A DNA stretch of 63,077 bases, the filler included, from Octopus bimaculoides (taxonomy: Eukaryota), in NCBI RefSeq assembly GCF_001194135.2. It is 7 parts of 5 records of this genome, joined end to end, with 100 filler letters (N's around TTAATTAATTAA, not from the genome) between each part and the next. Parts side by side here need not be neighbours in the genome. Positions count along the whole stretch, not along the records: positions 9,181 to 20,092 come from NC_068981.1; positions 20,193 to 26,580 come from NW_026303894.1; 5 more parts are not named here. One strand, 5' to 3'. Below are positions 10,935-22,038 of this stretch, one piece after another. Made by a program: the position numbers and the translations under genes. How positions within the stretch are numbered: the stretch's first letter is position 1; every line of letters begins with the position of its first letter. The notes beneath the pieces are model-generated. The model saw only the letters and a program-made list of their open reading frames with translations. It did no database searches and was not told where the DNA came from.

Positions 10935-13040
10935 TAGGTTGTGTACTCCTTATGCAGAGTTTGACCACCTCTTGTACCTACACTTTAAATTCATCATGGC
11001 GTCTGATGTGACTTTTTAAACTTGACAATGTACTCAAAAGACACCCACTGAGATTGCATATCTTGAACCATCAAGAGCAGCAGCTAAGTTCTGATCTTGT
11101 GTATCTTAAAATGTCTTGCGAGGCCTCCGTTATAATTGCAGACCTTATGGCATACATTGCATTCAAAGATGTACACAGATATATAGGCAGAATAGCTGGT
11201 GGAGGTTCATTATTCATGGGTCCTCAAATGAGATTTGAGCCTAGCAAATGAAAGTCATGGTCTGGCACAAACTGTGCACAAAAAAAAAAAAGAAAACTCG
11301 ATGAGATTCACCTTCTCGATCACAAGATTCTTCTTTAAAGTCTCTCTTGAATCTTGCATGTGTTATCCTGGCCTCCTCAAACGCTTTCACTCCACTCCAC
11401 ACTTTTCTTCACCATCCAGCTCGATCCGAAACAGGGGCTTCTATGGCTTTTGGATACATTCCAAGTGACTTCATGTTAGTCCTTATACCGTCCTTTAACC
11501 TCTTTTTAGGTTTTCACCGATTACGTTTCCCCTCTGCAAGTTCACCATAGTAGTTGTTTGAGTTTGCGTTCATCCGCCATTCGAACAATATGACCAGACC
11601 ATTTCATTTGATTTTTCAGAATCATTGATTTAATTGAAGTGATGCCTGCAGACGCAAAGACATCTGTGTCTGGAGTAAAATATCCGCATTTAATGTCTAA
11701 AATGCGTCGATGATATTTTTGGTGGAATCGGTCGAACTATTTGAAATGTCTTTCATAACACGCCCATCTTTCAGAAGAATACAATAGGGATGGTAAGGCA
11801 AAATATTTGTAAAGACCCAATTTTGTGTTGTTATTTATATGTCGTTTGTGCTAAACGCATGACTCCAAACCAGTAAATGCTTGTACTGCCCTTTGAATTT
11901 GTAGATGTATTTCTGTGATCAGATTTCCATTATTTTGTACAGAGCTTCCAAGGTAAATGAAAGATTCAACAGCCTCAAGTAACTCACTCTTAACGAAAAT
12001 TTTAGGGGGTTGCACTACGTGCAGGTTGAAACATTACAACTGTTTTTCTAAAGTTGATGGTCAAGCCAAAATCATCACAAGCTGTGTCAATTGCAGATGC
12101 AAGAGATTGCAGACCTGTTCCAGAATGACTGACAAGATCGCAATCGGCAGCATACAAAAGTTCCCTAATGTGTGAAGTAAAAACCCTCGTTTTGAATTTC
12201 AGTCTGGTCAGATTAAAAACGTTCCCTGTTGTTCGATATTTTATGTAGATACCCTCCTCAGAGTTTTCAAAAGCATGTGACAACACAACATCAAAGTATA
12301 TTGCAAAGAGGATCGGTGCATCAAGGTCTCTTTGCTTTACTCCATTTTCCACGGCAAAAGATTCAGAGAGCCTACCACCAAGATTAACCTAGCGTTTATA
12401 TCTTGATGCAAAGCCCTGATCATATTCACAAATTTTTCTGGGCAACATATTTTCCTCAGAATTAACCACAGAGCATTTCGATTGACAGTATCGAATGCCT
12501 TGCTTAAATTAACAAAGCAACTGTACAAGGCAAGATTCTTTTAAATGCCCTTTTCCTGAAATTGTCTGAAACTAAAGATACAATCATCAGTGCTCCTGTT
12601 AGAGCGAAAACGACATTGAAACTCCGATATTATATTTGGAACTATGAAGATATTTAAACGTTCTAACACAATGTGGGAAAGTACCTTTCCAACTACAAAC
12701 AAAAGCAAAATCCCACGAAAATTACCACACAGATCCTTCAGCCCCGATTTATACATGGAAACTAAAATGGCATCAAACCTGTCTTGAGGCAATTCCTCAG
12801 TTCTCTAACAGTGAAAATTTAGTATATTTAAGAATTCAAACCTTTTGTCACCCCCATATTTCAAGACCTCTGTACAGATTCCATCAGACCCTGGAGACTG
12901 AATGTTATTCAGCTTATCAACAGCTAAATAAATGTCATTTAGAACTGGTTCAAATACCATCTCCGCTATAACTGGAAGGTGTTCGATTTTTTTCTGTCAT
13001 CCTCAACGGATGATGGTCTATTAAAAAGTGCCAACACCCT
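10935..13040 (-). mobile_element. 5'-truncated, decayed RTE (BovB-like) LINE: RT, C-terminal domain and three C2H2 fingers
   Basis: Colinear motifs across frameshifts: SPGSDGI.TEV, CGNFRGILLL..VGK, EFQCRFRSNRST.D, FVNLSKAFDTVNR, NGVKQ...API LF, ELLYAADCDL (YADD), FGLTIN..KT.VM, FIYLGS, MKWSGHIVRM, GKRNR.KPKKR. Ends TAG at 10978-10980, followed by a short UTR. Confidence 0.93.
10996..11278 (-). pseudogene. Three tandem C2H2 zinc-finger motifs at the LINE C-terminus
   Basis: CTVCARP*LSFARLKSHLRTH; CNVCHKVCNYNGGLARHFKIH; CNL(S)GCLLSTLSSLKSHIRRH. Each has C-x2-C-x12-H-x3-H spacing. Confidence 0.8.
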
Positions 13041-13289
13041 TACTATAGTTATGTTTGTATAATTATATATTAGTATTAACTGTTACCGTTATGGTTTTTT
13101 ATTACATGCTCACAACTGGATGAAATCTTTATGATGATTTTATCCTTAATTATGTATAAATATATATTAAATATATATTATTTAATTCCATCAGCTTATA
13201 TGCACTGCGGCATTATTTTGACCGTAAATGCACGTGGTTAGGGTGAATAAATTAGATCTTACACGTATATACGTGTGGATAATTATGCA

Positions 13290-13371
<82 letters not shown>

Positions 13372-13770
13372 TAGATAGATAGATTTCTGTGCATATTTGT
13401 TTTGCAACGCACAAATACATCTTTATTTTCTCAAATCATTATGTGCTATTTCCTTACTTTCCTTATTACGTACAGTTAACTTCACTTGAACAAATGATAC
13501 TTCATATTTGTTGAGAAGCCGATCCCCATTTGGTGTTTCCTGCTAAAGATCAGTAGATTACTTAAAGTGAGGACCTAAATTCTTACAGTTATGAAAATAT
13601 AAGAACTTGTCGACAGGTCGATCAAAATATTTTGTAGCCGTACAATTTTCGTCCTCTTTTAATGAGTCTTTCTCCCTATACATATTTACTACCAACTATA
13701 TTTCTCGATGCATATACATATACAGACACACAGCCTATGCCTGTATGTATGTGTGTGGCATTGTGTGAAC

Positions 13771-13811
<41 letters not shown>

Positions 13812-13908
13812 AACATATACACTGTGATATGGGTGTGTGCGTGTGTGTACGTGTGCACGTGTATACTTGCTTGTATATAAATACACTTAGCCGTACTAAT
13901 ATATATGA

Positions 13909-13948
<40 letters not shown>

Positions 13949-14196
13949 ATTCATGCTTGCATACATAAATACATACATTAATGCATACATACATACATAA
14001 TACATACGTATATACATACATACGCAATTTATCATAAATTCATATGAACGAAGAAGTCAAGTAGCTAGCAGAAAGATTTTACAAACTATCTTTGAAAAAG
14101 AAGAAATATACAAAACATTAAGTTAGATCATTCGATTCATTTGCCACATTATTAACGAATGTAATGTTCTTTTATAGTTTTGCTGTTTTATTTCTA

Positions 14197-14375
14197 GGTC
14201 GGTAGATGGCAGAATCGATAGAAAAGCCGGCCAAAATGTCTTGTATGTTTTGATTTGCACATCAAGCTGAGGTCGATTCTAGCTTCCACTTTCCATAAGT
14301 ACCAGACGAGTACTAAGCTCCATTTAATTGACAGTACTCCATCTCTGAGGTTGTGAAGCATTGTGACTTACTTAC
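14197..14375 (+). mobile_element. Degenerate SINE family B
   Basis: GATGGCAGAATCGATAG head and GAGGTCGATTCTAGCTTCCA body. Confidence 0.6.
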
Positions 14376-14912
14376 AAATAATTATTGCTAAAATTCCACG
14401 GACAGCGTGTAACTATAGTGGAGAGATCGACGATTAACATTGGTTACTATATAAGGATATGTTAATTACGTTTTGGTTTGAAATCAAGCAATAAATTACG
14501 AAGAAAATCTTTGAAACTAGTCTGTTATATTGAACAAGGACTCACTCATTTCGCTTCGGGACAATAAATTATACTACGTGTGTACTAGGCTCAATTAACA
14601 AATACATTCATGTAATAATAATATTTTGGAGATGAAAACAAACATATTCCACAGAGTCATGTAATAGAAGAGGTGAAAGATATGATTAAAATTTATTACC
14701 ATAGATTCTGGCTAATAGAAAGTATAGAAAATATAGATAACAAGAAGCCTGTTCATGGTCATTCGACCTGATAAAAATAACTGCCAAATAGGATCTAAAA
14801 ACAACCTTTTGTCTTCACACTATACAAAAACATTGATCTAAGTATTCCTAGTTCTACAAGGGAGTATGGTCAAGAATTAAGGGACTTGAGTTTACATATG
14901 GTCAACTAGGAC

Positions 14913-15572
14913 CAGTGGCGTTTCGTGTATAGGCACTATAGAACTGCAGCACCCCTATTTCCATTCGATATTATCGAGAACATTCAATATAATGAGTCCT
15001 TTCTTCTTTAATTCTTTCTTTATACTTGTACATTATATAATCCTTAAGCTTAATGTCAGTAGCCATCACCTAGTTTATGAAAAAAATATAAAAATCCTTG
15101 AATAGAACTGTGCGTTTCACAGTTCCAGGACGGAGTATTTGGCTGTTGTGCGAAATGCTCACATGTTCGAAATAGGAAGCTTCACGCTAGGGAGAGAGAG
15201 CACAGTCGTTCACGCAGTGCCATTGAAAGGTAATGTTTATTTTTGACTCCGCGTGTGTTGTGCTTAAAAACGTGTTTATATTCTTAAACGTGATAAAATG
15301 CAGAATTAGATTATTATCCTGCTTCCAGCTTCAGTGTTACTGCCAGGATTTGAAAAATAGGACAGATTTCATCCTCTCCCTTATTTTGTGATTTAGGGAG
15401 GACTTTTGAAAAACAAGGGAGAATTCGCGGTGAACACTACCCGCAGTTGCTAAAACACGAATCGATCAAGTTTATGTATAAATATTCTTTTTATATATTT
15501 GTTTCCTTTTGACAACGGCTAAAAAATTTCTGAAGCAGCACCCCCACTAATTTTATCTGCGAGCCACCACTA
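14913..15572. mobile_element. Non-autonomous hAT-type element (660 bp)
   Basis: Imperfect TIRs (CAGTGGCG.. and reverse-read TAGTGGTGG..), 8-bp TSD ACTAGGAC (14905-14912) / ACTAGGAT (15573-15580), subterminal GCAGCACCCC near both ends. Confidence 0.72.
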
Positions 15573-16218
15573 ACTAGGATCATGTAAATACCGACATACG
15601 CACACACAAACATTCATAAATTAGAAAAGCGTTTCTTTTATACAGAAAAATTAATGAACACTAAGTCCAGCATCAAATACTAGTAGAAAGTTTTATGCTT
15701 GTTATAATTTCAATGACTTGTGATATGATTCTAACTCCTCCTGTTTGAAGTACTTTTACTTTCTCTCTTCCTCCATAGACTAAAATATTACCTAAATCTT
15801 TTGTATGCCGCACAATTCGTTCACGGTTTAAAAACCCAGAGAGAGCAAAGCATGTACGACACCGAAAACAAAGTTATATATCTGTCTCTCTTTCTCTCTC
15901 CCTTTCTCCCTTTTTCTAGGAGAAATCTAGGGGAAAAGAAAGATATTGAAGATGAAGTTTATAGTGAATAAAATTGAAGAGGAAAGGTTAAGGTTTCAGG
16001 AAAATAAACGACACCCACTTTATCACTTTATTGACAAACCACGGGGAAAATATAACTTGTTGATGCAAATAATGGAGTGCATTTCTAGCCTGAACTTAGT
16101 AACGTATATATACTATATATGTATATATATATATATNNNNNNNNNNNNNNNNNNNNNNNNNNNNNNNNNNNNNNNNNNNNNNNNNNNNNNNNNNNNNNNN
16201 NNNNNNNNNNNNNNNNNN

Positions 16219-16303
<85 letters not shown>

Positions 16304-16336
16304 TGCATATGTACACACACTCAGATTCACATATAC

Positions 16337-16387
<51 letters not shown>

Positions 16388-17334
16388 TGTACACACATTC
16401 AGACTTACATATGCACACGTATATACTCACCCGACAGGCTGTAGGAGATTGTCATTAATTGTGAGAAAGACATGGAGAAAAATATTGGTGACTATAAAAA
16501 TACATTTACCAAAAAAAAAGAAAAGAAAGTTTTCGTGTCTGTTGCATTGATTCTAGTAAAAACATCAAATGCACATTGAGAAGTAGAAATGATGAGTAAA
16601 AAATGGCTGTTGTGTGTAAAGAAGTCATCGCTGAAAGAGAAACTTCATATTGAAAGATGTATATAAGTTGAAACTCTAGAACATATTTCTCGAATTTCGT
16701 AAAGTATTGGGAGAAATTCTAATGAACCATGTTTAGATTAAAATCATCGAGTGCTATCTTGAGTACCACCATATCTAATGCAGGTAGCGTTTAAAATGCG
16801 ACAAAGACTATACATCTCGTTTCTGGAGTTGAGAAAGGTCCCCGGATCAAAAGATTGTTTAAAGGCCTTTCTGCTGCAGGCAGATTAGGGCAATACAAAA
16901 AATGTGCGGACTGGAACCAACCTTAGGGAAGAGATTCCCCATTTATCGTGTAGGACCATAAAAATTTGCTGACTGGACAGATATGAGGGCGATAACCCGT
17001 CCCGTTTAAGGCTCAGATAATATATGTTTCTTAGTTTACACATTAACTGACTGTAACAGTTTCCTGTACCTAGTTTCAAAACAGGTTACATGTCCGAAGC
17101 CATTGGAGTCCGACAAGTCGTCTAAAAGGCAAAGCTATTTAGGATGCGAAACCAATCGTCACTCTGTGACAAGCTATATAATTAACTTTCTGCAATACAT
17201 CACTGCTCTTTCCTTAGTATATGTATGTATACATATTTATGCATATATATATATGCATATATATATATATACATATATATACATATATACATATATATGT
17301 GTATATATATATACATACACTACATAAATGTATA

Positions 17335-17475
17335 TATAGTGAATCCAAACAAAGAAGAACAAACATGAAAAAACAACAACGTGAGGATGTGGTACAAGTA
17401 ATGTATTATCAGACGCTCAGGAAAGGAAAGAAAGAGGATTTAATGTTTCGAGCAAAGCTCTTCTTCAAAAATAGA
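17335..17475 (-). mobile_element. Penelope-like terminal-repeat fragment with degenerate hammerhead motif
   Basis: Minus strand TTGAAGA-A-GAGC-TTT-GCTC-GAAA-CATTA at about 17438-17471. Confidence 0.5.
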
Positions 17476-17880
17476 CATACAGTAATGGCTGTCAAAAGTA
17501 GTTTGCTTCTCAACTACATGATTACGGGTTCAATCCTACTGCAGAGCATTTTGGATAATTGTCTTCTACTCGTGGCAATCAAAATTTTGTCAGTGGTTTC
17601 GGTAAACCATCGTACACATATGTATGTGTACGTTTGTATGTGTGTGCGTGTGCGCGTGTTCTTGTATGTGTGTTTGAACGCCACAACCACTTCCCCCCAC
17701 CCACTGCTTAGCAACCAGTGTTGGTGTGTTTACATCTCCGTAACGTAACGGTTCAGCAAAAGAGTCCTAGAGAATAAGTACTAGGCTTTAAAACATAAGT
17801 GTTGGGGTCGAGTTATTCTTCATGGAGGTGCCCCAGCATATCCGCAGTCGAATGACTGAAACAAGTAAAAGATAAAAAAG
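17476..17880 (+). mobile_element. Degenerate SINE family A
   Basis: Head, internal (TG)n and GAAACAAGTAAAAG tail are all present. Confidence 0.75.
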
Positions 17881-18176
17881 AAAATAGAGAAACACACACG
17901 CGCGCATATGTATAAAGAATTAGAAAGATACAGAACTTTAAAAGTAATGTAATTGATTTTATCAACCCCACAATCATTACTGGTATGGTGACATTTGAAC
18001 ATAGAATCGACTGTACGCTAGAAAGCAGGCATTTAATACTGCGCTGCCACCTTTGTTATTCCACTTTACTATTGTAAAAATCTGAAGATGGAAAGGGGAG
18101 AAAAAGTAGTTTAAACTTTGAATTAATAAACTTTCTGCAAAATGACATTTATATACACACACACACATATGTGTGT

Positions 18177-18216
<40 letters not shown>

Positions 18217-18218
<2 letters not shown>

Positions 18219-18412
18219 AGGCGTAATGGCCCAGTGGTTTAGGCAACGGACTCGCGGTCGTAGGATCGCGGTTTCGATTCCCAGACCGGGCATTGTGATT
18301 GTTTATTGAGCAAACCACTTAAAGCTCCACGAGGCTCCGGCAGGGGATGGTGGCGAACCCTGTTGTATTCTTTCACCACAACTTACTCTCATTCTTCCTA
18401 TTTCTGTTGTAT
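18217..18412 (+). mobile_element. tRNA-headed SINE, additional family, running into a gap
   Basis: A box TGGCCCAGTGG and B box GGTTTCGATTCCC; no acceptor stem. Confidence 0.7.
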
Positions 18413-19913
18413 NNNNNNNNNNNNNNNNNNNNNNNNNNNNNNNNNNNNNNNNNNNNNNNNNNNNNNNNNNNNNNNNNNNNNNNNNNNNNNNNNNNNNNNN
18501 NNNNNNNNNNNNNNNNNNNNNNNNNNNNNNNNNNNNNNNNNNNNNNNNNNNNNNNNNNNNNNNNNNNNNNNNNNNNNNNNNNNNNNNNNNNNNNNNNNNN
18601 NNNNNNNNNNNNNNNNNNNNNNNNNNNNNNNNNNNNNNNNNNNNNNNNNNNNNNNNNNNNNNNNNNNNNNNNNNNNNNNNNNNNNNNNNNNNNNNNNNNN
18701 NNNNNNNNNNNNNNNNNNNNNNNNNNNNNNNNNNNNNNNNNNNNNNNNNNNNNNNNNNNTATGTACGTACGCATGTACGCACATATCCTTCATGATATTT
18801 ATATTATATTTTTACTGTATTACTGTATTACAGTCTTGAAAATAGTGATCGTTCTTTTATAGTTTGTGTTAAATAAATCATTACTACAGTGGCAAACTCG
18901 GCTATTCGGTCAATCGTTCTTTCCAAACAGCTAGCTAGCTAACCAATAACAGTCTGGGCAGTAATTGAATCACTTCAAGACTTAAAGTAAACAGGTCCTT
19001 TAAAAATATTCTCCTTTATCAATCAGATGTTCTTTCAAAAGAGAACATAGTAAGCATTCCTTTCCTCTTGTAACATCGTTTTGCTCTCCAGTTCGACATC
19101 TGTCCAGGTAGAGCCGAAACATTTTTGGTGTTCCTAATGTCTTTTTGTCAAAAGACCGACCTTTGTCTGTCTCCACTACATTGCTTAAGTGGCTGATTTG
19201 CTCTCAAACGTTTGTCTACTACTCATCAATTTTTCTCTTTTATTCCCGTATTTGCTTTATTTTTCCCCTTTTCCTTTCATTATTCTCATGTATTTCATTT
19301 CCCTTTTTTTTTTGTTATTTTTATACTTTTTTTTTTATTGTCCAACATTGACCATAGCATTCAAAGCAAAATAAAACTATGAAATGTACTTGTAAATGTC
19401 TGTCTACGACAAGTAGTATTCTGGATATATTCAAGACGTGTAATCGTGTAACTTCCAAACACACGGACGTTTCAGAATAAATCCCAATGGCAACCATGTT
19501 GTCATTGTTACAACAAAGATATGTTCATAAGAATATATAAGAATATATTGATTAGAAATGTTTTCTTTCACAATACAGCATATGTCAGTTCGTTGGTTTA
19601 GAGTTTTCAAAATCGATTCTTCATTGGTCGACTGACTGGTAACTTTGATTTGCACTCGTAATATTTTAACAAGTAAAGCGAAACAGGAATAAGCATTCAC
19701 ACATACATGCATATACACATATATACATACATATATTTATTATACATGCACGCATATTTACAAATATATATATATATATATATTTATTTATATAAATAAG
19801 GATAAGATCGATATTTAAAATATTGATCTTATCAAGTGGTCAGCATGGGAATAAAAACCATCAAAGGTAATAATTATTTAAAATTATAATACAGGGTATC
19901 AAGAGATACCACC

Positions 19914-20092
19914 ACGCTGAAAAAATAGCAGTCAAATCCTGACTCTAAAACCACAATAAATGTCCGCATGGCACGATTAGCGAAGACGAAGACCAAATAA
20001 ATGGTTTATTTGGTCTTCGTCTTCGCTAATCGTGCCATGCGGACAATTATTGTGGTTTTAGAGTCAGGATGTGAGTGCTATTTTTTCAGCGT
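19914..20092. repeat. Near-perfect palindrome: 88-bp arms, 3-nt loop, 3 mismatches
   Basis: Arm 19914-20001, loop TGG, arm 20005-20092; truncated by the linker gap. Confidence 0.92.
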
Positions 20093-20832
20093 NNNNNNNN
20101 NNNNNNNNNNNNNNNNNNNNNNNNNNNNNNNNNNNNTTAATTAATTAANNNNNNNNNNNNNNNNNNNNNNNNNNNNNNNNNNNNNNNNNNNNTGTTTATA
20201 TATATATGTGTGGTTGTGTGTGTGTGCGTGTGTGTGTGTGTATGCATATATATATATATTTGTATATATATATACATATATACATATATAAATACATATA
20301 TATACAGACAGTGAAAGAGGGAGAGGAGAGAGAGCGGGAGCATTAAATAGATAGATCGATGTACCTGTATTTTCATTCGGGTCTTTAGGTTGTGTTAGGA
20401 TTATATTCTGTAAAGCCTTTCACAAAAATTCGAAGGAAATCTCGTAATGCATCTGCGTTATATATATATATATATNNNNNNNNNNNNNNNNNNNNNNNNN
20501 NNNNNNNNNNNNNNNNNNNNNNNNNNNNNNNNNNNNNNNNNNNNNNNNNNNNNNNNNNNNNNNNNNNNNNNNNNNNNNNNNNNNNNNNNNNNNNNNNNNN
20601 NNNNNNNNNNNNNNNNNNNNNNNNNNNNNNNNNNNNNNNNNNNNNNNNNNNNNNNNNNNNNNNNNNNNNNNNNNNNNNNNNNNNNNNNNNNNNNNNNNNN
20701 NNNNNNNNNNNNNNNNNNNNNNNNNNNNNNNNNNNNNNNNNNNNNNNNNNNNNNNNNNNNNNNNNNNNNNNNNNNNNNNNNNNNNNNNNNNNNNNNNNNN
20801 NNNNNNNNNNNNNNNNNNNNNNNNNNNNNNNN

Positions 20833-20868
<36 letters not shown>

Positions 20869-21030
20869 GTTTGTGTATGTATGTATGTATGTATGTTGAG
20901 GCAAACAGAAAAATAGAACTCAAAATAATAGTATATGTATACTTTTATTTATATTTAGCAGAATGCAATGCACGAAACTCTCGTTCCGCAAGTTTTTTTC
21001 TATTCTCTCTCTGTTTATTTCTTCGTGTTC

Positions 21031-21066
21031 CTTTCTGCTGAAGAGCATAGTCTCGAAACGTAAAAG
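21031..21066 (+). ncRNA. Minimal type-I hammerhead ribozyme-like motif (degenerate core), probably Penelope-associated
   Basis: CTTT-CTGCTGA-A-GAG-CATAGT-CTC-GAAA-C-GTA^AAAG. Stem I CTTT/AAAG, stem II GAG/CTC, palindromic ACGT stem III; the core has CTGC instead of CTGA. Confidence 0.5.
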
Positions 21067-21960
21067 ACTTTCTCACCTTCCCGAGGCGTCAAACTAAAAC
21101 ATCCGCTTGTTGTTTATACATCTGTCTTCGTCTTCCGTTTTACTGCAAATTTCAATTATATATATACATATATCCGGATCTGGGATTATCCAATAACTTT
21201 TTGCTAATTTATTTTTCTATTTCTTTTCTCCTGGTGCTGTATGAATACATGATGTGGGTTTAGAGTCAAGTTATGACTGTCATCTATAGCATGTTAGTAT
21301 CTTTTAGATAATCTTAATTGTATATATATATATATATATATATATTTTACATGTCTGCACCAAAATTCATGTTACGCATGAATGCACCTCTATATTTAAC
21401 TAACCAATGCAGATATAGAGGGCTAGCTTTTTAGACAATCAGAACATCATGGTTACACCAATGCTTCACAGTCGCACCATTGGTGTAAACTTAGTACTTG
21501 TTAGGTGTCTATTCCTCTGTTGAGCTGCGACATGAACTGTAAATACAGTATAATATGTATAGTATTTATGAAATAAAGAAAACACTGCGTGCGAGAGGTG
21601 TGAAATTGCTCAAATACCTCATACCCCCCCCACACACACACACAGCTTCAAGACCATATCTATATGAAAAGCCAACAGATGACGACTCTCTTGCACAAAC
21701 GCATACAATCGAAGTGTTTTATACGAGTATACATAAAGTTCCATATACACATCGAGTCGTTTGACTGTGCTGACACTGTAACCTCAACACATTAAAGTAA
21801 TACATGCATACAAGCACCTACTCACGTACACACGCACATACATCTACACATATACGTTTATACTTATGCATATACATATACATACATACACATATATATA
21901 TACATACATACACATATATATATACATACATACATACACACACACACATATATATATAGA

Positions 21961-22038
<78 letters not shown>

